36,596 nucleotides of DNA from an uncultured Candidatus Saccharibacteria bacterium (GCA_964562905.1 CAZLVG010000002.1:1-36596); one strand, 5' to 3'. Positions 24,699 to 33,466 are shown, counted from the stretch's first letter. Notes: generated from the letters alone by a model not told the origin. Program-made: numbers and translations.

Positions 24699-25289
24699 TC
24701 AAATCACTACTACAAATACTACTAATAATAATAATACTAATAACAACAAGATAAATGCCGCAAGCGATAGCAGCGCGCCCAAAATACCCCCAGCTATTTT
24801 TTTATAAGCCCTGAAGCCTAATTTTAGCAGCCTCTCCTCTGCTGTTTTCTTCCCTTCCGTTTCTTTTAAGCGCTCTGCCGCTCTAGCGTGCGCCGCCTTT
24901 GCTTGCTTCACGCGTCTTTTCTGCAAGAACGCCACTGGCCGAAATGGCGCTTTCCCCGCCTGTTTTCCGGCCAACTTACCGGCCCGATAAGCCGCTTGCG
25001 TCGCTGCCTTTTTGCCCACCGCCGTAGCGACCTTAGTTCCGCCAAAAGTGGCTACGTGCACCGGCGTAGCCATCACGTCGACTGCCGTTGTGCCGGCGTA
25101 GGTTGCCGCCTGCGCCCCTCGGCCGCCTGCTTGTTTCCCTACTTGCCCCATTCTTTTTTGGACCTGTTTGATCATCTTTAATCTTCTTTCTTGCTGCTTT
25201 TCTTTACGCCGTGTTCGTTTCTCCTCTCTCGCTGCCTGCCTTTCTTCGTCGTCGGTTGGGGCGCCCGTCCCGGAAATGTCGTTTGCCAT
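24699..25289 (-). CDS. Hypothetical tail-anchored protein with a highly basic Lys/Arg/Ala/Gly-rich cytoplasmic region
   Basis: 196 aa with a single C-terminal TM (GGILGALLSLAAFILLLLVLLLLVVFVVVI). It lies 5 nt downstream of the VirB4 gene. No family recognised. Confidence 0.6.
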   Translation of the reverse strand: MANDISGTGAPTDDEERQAAREEKRTRRKEKQQERRLKMIKQVQKRMGQVGKQAGGRGAQAATYAGTTAVDVMATPVHVATFGGTKVATAVGKKAATQAAYRAGKLAGKQAGKAPFRPVAFLQKRRVKQAKAAHARAAERLKETEGKKTAEERLLKLGFRAYKKIAGGILGALLSLAAFILLLLVLLLLVVFVVVI

Positions 25290-25294
25290 ATCCT

Positions 25295-27148
25295 TTATCT
25301 CCCTGTTCCCGCCAGCTCCCGCTTGGCCGCTTCTATGGCCAATACCTGCTGCGGGTCGGAAGTTATCACCTGGTCTTCGGCGTAGCTGGCCACCACTTTA
25401 ATGGCCACGTGCTTTAAGCCGGCGAAGAAAATACCCTCCCCCACGTCGCTTTCCAGCAGCCGGAACTTTTCGTGGTCGGTCAGATAAAACACCTTGGCCA
25501 GCAAGTCAATGGCCGCCGGCGACTGGCGCAGCAGCAGTTGCAGGGAGGAGTTGGTAACAATGGGCTTGCCGTAATCGGAAGCCAGAAAATCCTGAATGTC
25601 CTGCGTGATGGTGGTAACACCCAGGTAATACTTGCGCGCCCGCTTGGCGACGGAAAATAAGAATTTGGCCGATTCCTCGTGCTGCATCAGCACCCAGGCC
25701 TCGTCCACCACCAGAATACGCCTTTTTAACGAGCTCCTGACCTTATTCCAGATAAAGCCCAGCACCACGTACATGGCGATGGGACGCAGTTCCTCCTGCA
25801 TGTCCCGCACGTTGAACACCACCAGCTGCTTGTCAAGATCAATGTTGGTCGGCCGGTTGAACACGCCGGCGTAGGTGCCCTCCACGAAGCGCTCCAGCCG
25901 CAGCGCCACGTTGCTGCCGCCTTCCATGTCGTTGATGATATTATAGAAATCCTGCAGGGTGGGAAATTCCGGCTGTTGCCAGCGCCGGTCCTTGGTTATG
26001 TCTTTCAGCGCGTACGCCTCCCACAGCGCCCGGTCCACCACCGAGTGCTCTTCGGCCGAGAATCCGCCGGCCATAAGAGAGATCAGGCCGGTCAGGCGCG
26101 TGATGTTCTCGCGCAATACGGCTTCCGGGTCGTCGTCCTCGTTTAGCTCCGGCAGGTCAAGGGGATTGATGCGATGGTCGGAAGCGGTGGCTATGCGCAG
26201 GTAAGCGCCGCCTACGGAATCGGATAAGTACTTGTATTCCTGCTCCGGGTCTATCACGATCACTTCCGTGCCGAACATCAGCTGCCGCAAAATCTCCAAC
26301 TTCGCCAAATAGCTTTTACCGGCGCCGCTTTTGGCGAAAATGGTCATGTTAGCGTTCTCCAAGCTGAAGCGGTCAAACAGAATCAGGCTGTTATTGTGCA
26401 GGTTGATGCCGTATAAAATACCGTTGTTGCTGGTCAGGTCCGAGCTGACAAAAGGAAAAGCCGTGGAAAGAGAGGAGGAGCTCATATTAGAGGATCGCAC
26501 CAGCTTGTCATGCCCCAAGGGCAGGGTGGAAAGAAACCCCTCCTTGGCTTGAAACAGAGTCGGCTTCATGTAAACCAGCTTTCCTTCCAGCAGTACTTCT
26601 AATTGCGCCACGATCTCATCCAGCTCCTCTTTGGTGTCGCCGTACAAGGTGAGATACAGGCTGTACTGGAAAAACTTTTCCGTTCCCTGCACCAGCCTGT
26701 CCCGCAGCTGTTCAATGTCGCGGTAAGCCGTTTCCAGTTGCGGGTCCCGCGTCTTGCCTTTTTCCATGCGCATGGAGATGGAAGCCGCCACCTGCGTTAC
26801 CTGCTTTTTCATTTGTTTCAGCACGGTGGCCGACTCCTGGGGGTAGATGAACATACCCATGTCAAACTCTATGTCGTAATTGATAATAGGGGACAGCCAA
26901 TTGGTCTCCAGGTAGCGGGGGTAGGTTACCACGAACAGCGTGGTGGCGTACTTGCCGTCAATCTCCACGTGGCTGGGACTTATTTCCGTCCCCGCCGGGG
27001 AAAGCACGTCCTGAAGGCGCGCCACCCCCTCTTCAAATTGCCGCTCCTTAGCTCTCTCTTCCGCCGTAGCCTTCTCCTTTTTTCGGCCGGGCCTGCCTTC
27101 CTTCTTCTCCCGCCCTATGGTAAAGCCCATTATGTTAACCATAGCCAA
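25295..27148 (-). CDS. virB4: VirB4/TrbE/TraC-family type IV secretion ATPase
   Basis: Walker A FAKSGAGKSYLAK, Walker B RRILVVDEAW, and upstream ..IDGKYATTLFVVTYPRYLETNWLSPII.. typical of the VirB4 middle region. The track start at 27148 is a TTG, and the ATG at 27142 is more likely. Confidence 0.9.
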   Translation of the reverse strand: MAMVNIMGFTIGREKKEGRPGRKKEKATAEERAKERQFEEGVARLQDVLSPAGTEISPSHVEIDGKYATTLFVVTYPRYLETNWLSPIINYDIEFDMGMFIYPQESATVLKQMKKQVTQVAASISMRMEKGKTRDPQLETAYRDIEQLRDRLVQGTEKFFQYSLYLTLYGDTKEELDEIVAQLEVLLEGKLVYMKPTLFQAKEGFLSTLPLGHDKLVRSSNMSSSSLSTAFPFVSSDLTSNNGILYGINLHNNSLILFDRFSLENANMTIFAKSGAGKSYLAKLEILRQLMFGTEVIVIDPEQEYKYLSDSVGGAYLRIATASDHRINPLDLPELNEDDDPEAVLRENITRLTGLISLMAGGFSAEEHSVVDRALWEAYALKDITKDRRWQQPEFPTLQDFYNIINDMEGGSNVALRLERFVEGTYAGVFNRPTNIDLDKQLVVFNVRDMQEELRPIAMYVVLGFIWNKVRSSLKRRILVVDEAWVLMQHEESAKFLFSVAKRARKYYLGVTTITQDIQDFLASDYGKPIVTNSSLQLLLRQSPAAIDLLAKVFYLTDHEKFRLLESDVGEGIFFAGLKHVAIKVVASYAEDQVITSDPQQVLAIEAAKRELAGTGR

Positions 27149-27149
27149 A

Positions 27150-27881
27150 CTACTTACCGGCCCACGGCTTTTTATCCGCGTGATTAGCTAACAGCTTATC
27201 CGGCTCCGCCTCCGACAGCTTAAGCTGAGCCACGTTGCTTAAAGGCTGGTTGCGCGAGGTGGTGGGGTTCAGCATGTTATAAAAAAGCTCCAGCATCTCC
27301 TGCGTCTGCAGCGGCACCAGCCGCAAGCCTACGCCCCGCAGCCCCACCGCTACTTGCTCCACCCGCTGCAGCAGTTGGGCTTTGTAGTGCGTGAAATCCT
27401 CTTCAGAAATCTTGGCGTCCCCTTTGGCTACAGTCTGCAATCCTTTTTGCAGTCGCTGAAAAAAGTTATCCTGCCGGCTTTGCACCACGGAAAAAGGCAC
27501 GGTCACCAGAAAAGTTTTAGCCATTATGTCGTTGCCTTTGACCAGCTCCGACACAAAATTAATGTATTCTTCCATCTGCAGGCGCAACAGCTCATTGTCC
27601 TGCTTTTCCTGGCGGGAACGCAGCTCCTCCAAGTAAGGAGTTATATCCAGCCGCCGCGACATAACTGTTATGTGCACGGGAAAGTCCAGCGAGTTCAAAA
27701 AATCCTGAAAAGCTAGGATGATGGCCGTCTGCTCTTCTTCCGATTTAAGGGCAAAATTCAAGGAGGACACAATAAGTGTGGATCTTAAGGTGCCGTCTTT
27801 TAGCACGGCGATACCGTCGCGCACTTCTTTTAGCGGCACCAACTGCTGGGCCGGTTTGCCTTTTTTACTCGGACTTCTCAT
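27150..27881 (-). CDS. Hypothetical protein resembling the N-terminal domain of Gram-positive-type VirB4 (possible split VirB4)
   Basis: 243 aa. LVPLKEVRDGIAVLKDGTLRSTLIVSSLNFALKSEEEQTAIILAFQDFLNSLDFPVHITVMSRRLDI follows the pattern I recall for PrgJ/TcpF-type N-termini. Its stop (27152..27150) is 1 nt from the VirB4 TTG and in a different frame. Confidence 0.6.
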   Translation of the reverse strand: MRSPSKKGKPAQQLVPLKEVRDGIAVLKDGTLRSTLIVSSLNFALKSEEEQTAIILAFQDFLNSLDFPVHITVMSRRLDITPYLEELRSRQEKQDNELLRLQMEEYINFVSELVKGNDIMAKTFLVTVPFSVVQSRQDNFFQRLQKGLQTVAKGDAKISEEDFTHYKAQLLQRVEQVAVGLRGVGLRLVPLQTQEMLELFYNMLNPTTSRNQPLSNVAQLKLSEAEPDKLLANHADKKPWAGK

Positions 27882-27896
27882 TACGCTATCAGTGTA

Positions 27897-28394
27897 CTAC
27901 GACGCCGGCGATTGGTCAGGGGTAATATTTGTTGGCTCTCTTTCCGCGGCGGTTGCCTTGCTCTTTTCAGTCATGGGGTCGGCCGCGTCCTGCTCAATAA
28001 CATTACCTTGGGTGTTGAGGGTCTGGGCTATAAAGTCCAGGGTTGAGCGGGCAGCCGCCCCCTCGGCGGAGAATTCCTCGTACTCCTCGCCGCTTATTCT
28101 AATGTCAGCGGCGTTCGCCTGCCGCCGCCAGATGTACAGCCGGTCTCCCGTGAAATATTTCATCAAATTAGCCAGCAACTCGGCGAAGTTTTGCCCCCGC
28201 CAGCGAACGTGGGCAAACAAAGCGGCCACGCCCACCACCGGTATGGCTAGGGCCAGGAACAGGCCCAGGTCGGCCAGGGCGTAAACGGGAAGCAGCAGCA
28301 GCGCGGCCACTACGTAGTACAAAAACTGCTTCAAGGTCAGCGGGCCGATAATCCGGTCCTGGATGTCAACGAATTGGGGGACTTGATAGCGCAT
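27897..28394 (-). CDS. PrgI-family (VirB3-like) membrane protein
   Basis: The N-terminus MRYQVPQFVDIQDRIIGPLTLKQFLYYVVAALLLLP is followed by a second TM, as in PrgI/VirB3-like proteins found next to VirB4. Confidence 0.7.
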   Translation of the reverse strand: MRYQVPQFVDIQDRIIGPLTLKQFLYYVVAALLLLPVYALADLGLFLALAIPVVGVAALFAHVRWRGQNFAELLANLMKYFTGDRLYIWRRQANAADIRISGEEYEEFSAEGAAARSTLDFIAQTLNTQGNVIEQDAADPMTEKSKATAAEREPTNITPDQSPAS

Positions 28395-28395
28395 G

Positions 28396-28448
28396 GGTAA
28401 GTAACTAGTAACTAGTAACTAGTAACTGGTAATTAGTAACTGGTAATT
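28396..28448 (+). repeat. Heptanucleotide tandem array (AGTAACT/GGTAATT), left flank of four-helix-bundle gene copy 1
   Basis: GGTAA GTAACT AGTAACT AGTAACT AGTAACT GGTAATT AGTAACT GGTAATT. It fills the entire gap between the PrgI-like start (28394) and the 4HB stop (28449). Confidence 0.9.
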
Positions 28449-28896
28449 TCATACTTGACGCTCAATAGCTCTAATTATGCCGTTAATCAGCCGAGCCGCC
28501 TGATGCGCCTCATCGCCTAATCTTTTACATTGATCGCGCTCTACAAAACTTAAGTCCTTAGCGAGCAACAAAAAATTTTGCACCTCTGCCGCCGACCCGC
28601 GAGCTTGATGATAAAACCTAACCTTATCTTTATAATGATATCTGGCAAAACCCTCGGCAATGTTAGCTGTAACAGAACTGGCCGCCCGGCGTAATTGGCT
28701 GGTAATCCCATATAATTCCTCTCGCGGAAACTGCCTAGTAGCCACATAGACATTAAGAACTAATTCATGACCTTTCTTCCACGCATCAAGATCATAAAAG
28801 TTAATAACTGTCTTACTACCAGGTTGAGTCTTGGCTCTCGTCGTTGTCGTCGTAGTCGTGGTCATCGTAATTACTAGTTGCTAGTTACTAGTTACT
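28436..28896 (-). mobile_element. 461-bp cassette (4HB gene plus inner heptamer repeats), copy 1 of 2 near-identical copies
   Basis: It matches 33037..33497 at a constant offset of 4601 with one mismatch seen (28889 T versus 33490 C). Both main-frame and alternate-frame ORF translations are identical in the two copies. Mobility is an inference. Confidence 0.4.
28449..28865 (-). CDS. Four-helix-bundle protein (23S rRNA intervening-sequence protein / Avd-like family), copy 1
   Basis: 138 aa. FYDLDAWKKGHELVLNVY..T..FPREELYGITSQLRRAASSVTANIAEGFAR......FYHQARGSAAEVQNFLLLA is the TIGR02436/PF05635 pattern. The N-terminus is MTTTTTTTT. The protein is identical to copy 2. Confidence 0.9.
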   Translation of the reverse strand: MTTTTTTTTRAKTQPGSKTVINFYDLDAWKKGHELVLNVYVATRQFPREELYGITSQLRRAASSVTANIAEGFARYHYKDKVRFYHQARGSAAEVQNFLLLAKDLSFVERDQCKRLGDEAHQAARLINGIIRAIERQV

Positions 28897-28900
28897 GATT
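28866..28900 (+). repeat. Heptanucleotide tandem array (ACTAGTT type, inverted relative to the left flank), right flank of copy 1
   Basis: CGTAATT ACTAGTT GCTAGTT ACTAGTT ACTGATT. ACTAGTT is a rotation of AGTTACT, the reverse complement of AGTAACT. Confidence 0.9.
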
Positions 28901-28901
28901 A

Positions 28902-29399
28902 CTACGTTGGCATCGGCGGCGGCGCCGGCGGCTTCTTCTGCTCTTTTAAATTAAGCACATTTCGCGCTCCCGCTTCGCTTGCTTTGTCCGTCGTTACTTC
29001 CTTCTCATTGGCCGGCCCGGGAGTACTTTTCTGCCGGCGCCAGTACTGCTCCAGCTCCTTCATTACCGGCCCGAACAAGTCCTCCTCAATCTCCCGCGCC
29101 ATCTTCTGCGCCTTATCGTTGGGTAGTTGCAGTTCTGTGGATAAAAGACTGGGCAGTTGTTCCGCGCTTTTTTCGCCTACCGCTATCCGCAAAACGATTA
29201 AGGCCACCACGCTGGCCCGAGTTTCCGGCAGGTTGTAGCCCTTGACGAGCCCGCGCGTAAAGGCGCCTGTCTTTGGAGCGAACAGCAGGCCGCGCGCCTT
29301 TTCCGGTAACTGAAATACCAGGTCAACATACCTAGATCTCTCTTCGGGGGAGAGGGTGATAAGAGATCCTACTGGTACGCTGTCAAAGATAATCCCCAT
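28902..29399 (-). CDS. Hypothetical small protein (helical, Pro-rich C-terminus)
   Basis: 165 aa. The pattern ..LP..ARGLLFAP..G.F...L...Y.L.......L..L...V..GE....QL...L...L.L....A..MA.EIEEDLFGPV recurs in CPR hypothetical proteins, as I recall. It lies 9 nt downstream of the VirB6-like gene. Confidence 0.6.
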   Translation of the reverse strand: MGIIFDSVPVGSLITLSPEERSRYVDLVFQLPEKARGLLFAPKTGAFTRGLVKGYNLPETRASVVALIVLRIAVGEKSAEQLPSLLSTELQLPNDKAQKMAREIEEDLFGPVMKELEQYWRRQKSTPGPANEKEVTTDKASEAGARNVLNLKEQKKPPAPPPMPT

Positions 29400-29408
29400 A
29401 CTTAAGTG

Positions 29409-31412
29409 CTAGACGTTACCTCTTGCTTTTTCAATGGTGTTGTGCACCTCATTAACCAACCGGGCTTTCGCTTCATTGGAAAGATGGGGGTTAGCTTCTA
29501 TGTTCACCATAAGGTCCGTTTGCCCCTGGTCGCCCAGTTGTCTCATTAAGTCAGCATTTTTAGACAGACCGGTCACCTGGCTGACTTTTTGCGAGTTAGC
29601 CGCGATAGCCAACGCACCGGTATTGCCGATAGCTTCAGTAACATGCCGCTTGCTTAACTGGACTGCTGATACAGCAGGCTGGTTAAGGTTATTCACGTTG
29701 CCCCAGCTGCCGGGCATGGTTCCCACCCTGGCTGCCGCTTGCGCTTCTCGCCTGTCGGCAGGCGGGGCGCCTCCTGTGACCCGGCGGCCTAAGCGCTCGC
29801 CCCAGCTGCGCGGCTGTCCTTTAAGCGGCTTGCCCTCCTTGTCCCGCTTCACCCCCCTGGCCCAGGTGGGCAGGTGGGCGGCTACGCCGCCTTTCACCGC
29901 GCGGCCGAAGTCGCGCGCCTGCCGGCCTACTCCCCTTACGCCCGCTCTCGCGCCCGTGCCCACGTACGCCGCCTTGGCCGCGCCTCTACCGGCTCTCTTC
30001 GCTCCCCGGTAGGCCATTCCCCGCGCCCGCCGCCCGGCGCCGGCGGCTAAGCTAATAGCCGTCGCTGATCCGATTATCCCCGCGTATCGCCCGGCCATCG
30101 CCGCTACCACTAGCGCCACCGCGTATATTGATGCTTCCATCAACGCCTCAAAAGATTTTTTGAAGGGGAAATTTTTGCCGCCAAATAGGTCGCCCGCGTT
30201 AATTAAATAGTCAATATTAATTGCCCCTAGAATGATAAACAATACCACCGGGCCGTAGATTACGTAACGCATAAAAGTCTGCCACCACCTGCTGGCCAGC
30301 GCTCCCAGCCCGGGAAAGGCTACTGCCAGATAAGCTATCGGTGAAATAATCAACAGTAAAAGAAGCATGATGTATCGCATCAACAAGCTGAACACAACCA
30401 CTGCCAGAGCCAGAGCCATTATCCAAGCCAATATGGCGTTCACCAACGCGGCCAGTACCTCGTCCCATCCCCTGACCGGATCAATGAGACTCCACCAGAT
30501 ACCTGTCTGACCCGCCCCTCTCGAAAACGCCTCCTCCAGCGTTTTATATCTGGCTCCCGTCTGGGCTATCGTCGCTAATTTACCTTCTACCTGGTCAATA
30601 CTTATCCCGAACGGCCCTGGTAAGACAGCCATAATGACCCGCGAGACATCAATAATTAAACCGGCTATTACCAGACTGAAATTCACCAACAGCGCCGCTA
30701 TTAGCAGCCGTGGCAGTAACCTCCGCACTCCTCCTCCGACGTTCAATCTTAAGGTTGTTAACAGTGCTATGACCACCAAGGCCAGTAAAAACCCCATATT
30801 TATAAAACCCAATACTACGGGCCATGCGAGCTTCACTATGAGATGTTCAGTAAACGTGCCCAAGGTCAGAAGCGGGACTATACTGGCTGTAAAGAAGGAA
30901 ATTAACCAAGAAGCCAGCCAGGCCAAAGTTCTAAATAACGCTTTTAAAGTAGCGACGATAGCGTCGTTTTGTATGGCTAGTTGTCTCACACCAGGTATGA
31001 AATATGTTCCCCAAGACGCGAACCATTCTCCCCACGATGGCGCCGCGCGCGCCGGCGTTATCAGGCCGGCCACGCGGCCGTTGTCGGTTACATTGTCTCT
31101 TCTGACAACTGCCGGCGGACAAAAAAGAAGCGACTCGCCCGCGGCATCGGCCGGTATTACCGCCTGCCAGTCCAGGGAACTGTAGGCTTGTAAGGCCTTG
31201 GCGTCATCCAGTCTGACCGGCTCGCAGCCAGTCTGAACCAGATAGGCCTTTTCTTCCCGCACCGGCACCGGCAGCGGCCTTGCTGCCGCCCGGGCTGGCG
31301 GAGCTGGCAGCAGGCCCGCGCCCAGTATCAGGCTAGCTAGCCAGCCAAGCAGTATTTTTTTTGGCAGTCTTGCGGGCATAAATATACCGTTTAATAACAG
31401 GTAAAGCCGCAC
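29409..31412 (-). CDS. VirB6/TrbL-like polytopic membrane protein with a basic Gly/Ala/Arg-rich C-terminal tail
   Basis: 667 aa with a signal/anchor, a roughly 130-aa exo-domain and at least 6 hydrophobic helices. The tail reads AGAGRRARGMAYRGAKRAGRGAAKAAYVGTGARAGVRGVGRQARDFGRAVKGG. The architecture and its position next to VirB3/B4 resemble TrbL/VirB6. The ATG at 31379 (MPARLPKKILLGW) is an alternative start that avoids a 22-nt overlap. Confidence 0.55.
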   Translation of the reverse strand: MRLYLLLNGIFMPARLPKKILLGWLASLILGAGLLPAPPARAAARPLPVPVREEKAYLVQTGCEPVRLDDAKALQAYSSLDWQAVIPADAAGESLLFCPPAVVRRDNVTDNGRVAGLITPARAAPSWGEWFASWGTYFIPGVRQLAIQNDAIVATLKALFRTLAWLASWLISFFTASIVPLLTLGTFTEHLIVKLAWPVVLGFINMGFLLALVVIALLTTLRLNVGGGVRRLLPRLLIAALLVNFSLVIAGLIIDVSRVIMAVLPGPFGISIDQVEGKLATIAQTGARYKTLEEAFSRGAGQTGIWWSLIDPVRGWDEVLAALVNAILAWIMALALAVVVFSLLMRYIMLLLLLIISPIAYLAVAFPGLGALASRWWQTFMRYVIYGPVVLFIILGAINIDYLINAGDLFGGKNFPFKKSFEALMEASIYAVALVVAAMAGRYAGIIGSATAISLAAGAGRRARGMAYRGAKRAGRGAAKAAYVGTGARAGVRGVGRQARDFGRAVKGGVAAHLPTWARGVKRDKEGKPLKGQPRSWGERLGRRVTGGAPPADRREAQAAARVGTMPGSWGNVNNLNQPAVSAVQLSKRHVTEAIGNTGALAIAANSQKVSQVTGLSKNADLMRQLGDQGQTDLMVNIEANPHLSNEAKARLVNEVHNTIEKARGNV

Positions 31413-33025
31413 TGGGGCACGCCCGGCGTCTGGCGGAAATTGCCCGCCGTCAGCACCCTTAAAGCCTGCACCGCTCCCTGCTCTAAGTGCCCCGCTATCA
31501 GGTTGGCCGAGGGGGAGGTCGGTTCTTTCGGCTCGTCATAGCGCGGGTCAAGGCCGAATAAGTTTAAGCCTGTCCCCGCCACCGTTGACTGCAGGCCGCT
31601 TACGCTGCCCGCCGAGCAGTTTTCATAATATTCCGGTGTACCTGGCCTACACAGTCCGGGTGGGTCGGTATAGCCCTCCTCGCTCATTGAACAGTAACAG
31701 CTGGGCCCGGCCGCTTTTTCCCTTTCCACCAACTGCTTGCTGCCCGGTAGGTCAATGCCTTTTAAGGCGCTGGCCCGCTGGCTGGTGTCCAGTAGGCCCA
31801 ATATTTGCGGTAAGCTGTACACATCCGCTGTCCGTACTGCTACCGGGTTCTTTACTACCACCGACAACTCTTCCGGATTTACATAGCTCGCCGGTGTCCC
31901 TGCTTGCGCGGGCGAGTCCAGTTTGCTTGATTTGAGCACAACGTCAGCCAACAGCCCCTGCTCCTCCATCAGTTCCTGCTGCGCGGCGATGCGATCATGG
32001 GCCGCTGCACCGATCCGCGTCGCTGCCTGTTCGGCGAATAAAACTTGACGCGCTGTCTCCTCTTGGCACGATATTCCCCGCTCTTCTCCTTCGCAGTTAA
32101 CTTCAACCTTGCCATCCCTGCCGCGTACTAGATTTTTGTATGGATATTCTATGTCCTGATCATCCGGTGGTCCAAGTATAGTGCTGGTAGCGTTATCCAG
32201 CAACCTCGCTAATAATTCTGAATGGAACGCAGGGTCATCACTGTTTCTTACATATTCCCGCCACGCGGCTATGGCGGGAGAGTAAGCCATGGGCAGGCGC
32301 TCTCCCCCTTCCTTGTTGTATCTTCGTATACGCTCTTGTGTGTCTTCCGCTGTGCCTGACATAAAGGCTGCTAGCGTGCCATCCTTCACGGGCTTATTTT
32401 TCCAGTCTAGTGGATCCATGACGATCGCTCCTCGGCGCTTGTCCTCTATCGTCTTCAACTCGCTGGAGCTCGAACTGGTGCCAGTGTCGGTAGCGGTTAG
32501 GTTATACTCGCAATTCTCCAGTCCCAGCCCGTAATCACACAACGCGCGCAGCAGCTCGCTGGTTGAGTTGCGCCGCCCGTGCTCCGCCCCGTACTCGCGC
32601 ACCAGCTGGTCGCTGTAAAGGTCGGTGCCTTCCAGGGTGATGGCGCGCGTTAAGAGATCGGCTATGCCGGGGTCGGTCGGGGAAACTGCCTCGTCTGTAC
32701 CAACTTTGGTAGTTTCTGTTAAAGGAAATTTCTCCTCCTCAAACGGCGGCTCTATCCCTTCCTTTTCACCGGCTTTGGCCCGCTCTTTTAGCAGCTCTTC
32801 CCGCGTGTACCGCGTTTCCACGTAGTCGGCCTGGTCCAGCGCGGCCAGCACGTTGTAAAACAGCTGCTGCTGCGCGATGGCGGTGTAGAACACCGCGTGC
32901 GGGTCCGCCCGCGCCGCCCGGGGATAAAACGCGATGAGAGACACAACGCATACGACAAACAAAACACAAGCGGTATTTGTGATTTGTGTTTTGCTTAGTT
33001 TATGCTTTATTGGTCTTTTATGCAT
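31391..33025 (-). CDS. Hypothetical large exported protein (N-terminal anchor, Cys-containing, no recognised domain)
   Basis: 544 aa. The N-terminal TM is ACVLFVVCVVSLIAFY. Acidic and helical segments follow, with paired Cys (CDYGLGLENC, NCEGEERGISC, CYCS..C..C, CGFTC). Confidence 0.6.
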   Translation of the reverse strand: MHKRPIKHKLSKTQITNTACVLFVVCVVSLIAFYPRAARADPHAVFYTAIAQQQLFYNVLAALDQADYVETRYTREELLKERAKAGEKEGIEPPFEEEKFPLTETTKVGTDEAVSPTDPGIADLLTRAITLEGTDLYSDQLVREYGAEHGRRNSTSELLRALCDYGLGLENCEYNLTATDTGTSSSSSELKTIEDKRRGAIVMDPLDWKNKPVKDGTLAAFMSGTAEDTQERIRRYNKEGGERLPMAYSPAIAAWREYVRNSDDPAFHSELLARLLDNATSTILGPPDDQDIEYPYKNLVRGRDGKVEVNCEGEERGISCQEETARQVLFAEQAATRIGAAAHDRIAAQQELMEEQGLLADVVLKSSKLDSPAQAGTPASYVNPEELSVVVKNPVAVRTADVYSLPQILGLLDTSQRASALKGIDLPGSKQLVEREKAAGPSCYCSMSEEGYTDPPGLCRPGTPEYYENCSAGSVSGLQSTVAGTGLNLFGLDPRYDEPKEPTSPSANLIAGHLEQGAVQALRVLTAGNFRQTPGVPQCGFTCY

Positions 33026-33028
33026 ATC

Positions 33029-33049
33029 TAAAACTGGTAACTGGTAATT
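33029..33049 (+). repeat. Short heptanucleotide array (TAAAACT GGTAACT GGTAATT), left flank of 4HB copy 2
   Basis: It lies between the upstream gene start (33025) and the 4HB stop (33050). Confidence 0.8.
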
Positions 33050-33466
33050 TCATACTTGACGCTCAATAGCTCTAATTATGCCGTTAATCAGCCGAGCCGC
33101 CTGATGCGCCTCATCGCCTAATCTTTTACATTGATCGCGCTCTACAAAACTTAAGTCCTTAGCGAGCAACAAAAAATTTTGCACCTCTGCCGCCGACCCG
33201 CGAGCTTGATGATAAAACCTAACCTTATCTTTATAATGATATCTGGCAAAACCCTCGGCAATGTTAGCTGTAACAGAACTGGCCGCCCGGCGTAATTGGC
33301 TGGTAATCCCATATAATTCCTCTCGCGGAAACTGCCTAGTAGCCACATAGACATTAAGAACTAATTCATGACCTTTCTTCCACGCATCAAGATCATAAAA
33401 GTTAATAACTGTCTTACTACCAGGTTGAGTCTTGGCTCTCGTCGTTGTCGTCGTAGTCGTGGTCAT
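33050..33466 (-). CDS. Four-helix-bundle protein (23S rRNA intervening-sequence protein / Avd-like family), copy 2
   Basis: The 138-aa product is identical to that of 28449..28865. Confidence 0.9.
   Translation of the reverse strand: MTTTTTTTTRAKTQPGSKTVINFYDLDAWKKGHELVLNVYVATRQFPREELYGITSQLRRAASSVTANIAEGFARYHYKDKVRFYHQARGSAAEVQNFLLLAKDLSFVERDQCKRLGDEAHQAARLINGIIRAIERQV

Noticed and set aside
28449-28865. Four-helix-bundle gene marking a 23S rRNA intervening sequence
   Set aside because: The flanks are protein-coding genes and heptamer arrays. No rRNA-like sequence is present anywhere in the window.
28396-28900. Heptamer arrays as a CRISPR array
   Set aside because: The period is 7 nt with no spacers of unique sequence and no 25-40 nt repeats. 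No cas genes are present.
25472-31193. Plus-strand ORFs inside the secretion cluster (for example 26603..27187, 27718..28284, 29434..30012, 30634..31185)
   Set aside because: All lie antisense to tightly packed minus-strand genes with recognisable features. No motifs are present and the composition is biased.
28449-33466. Avd-like genes as part of a diversity-generating retroelement
   Set aside because: No reverse transcriptase ORF and no template/variable repeat pair with adenine-specific differences is visible in the window. The only long repeats are the identical cassettes themselves and the internal repeat of the surface protein. A distal RT cannot be excluded.
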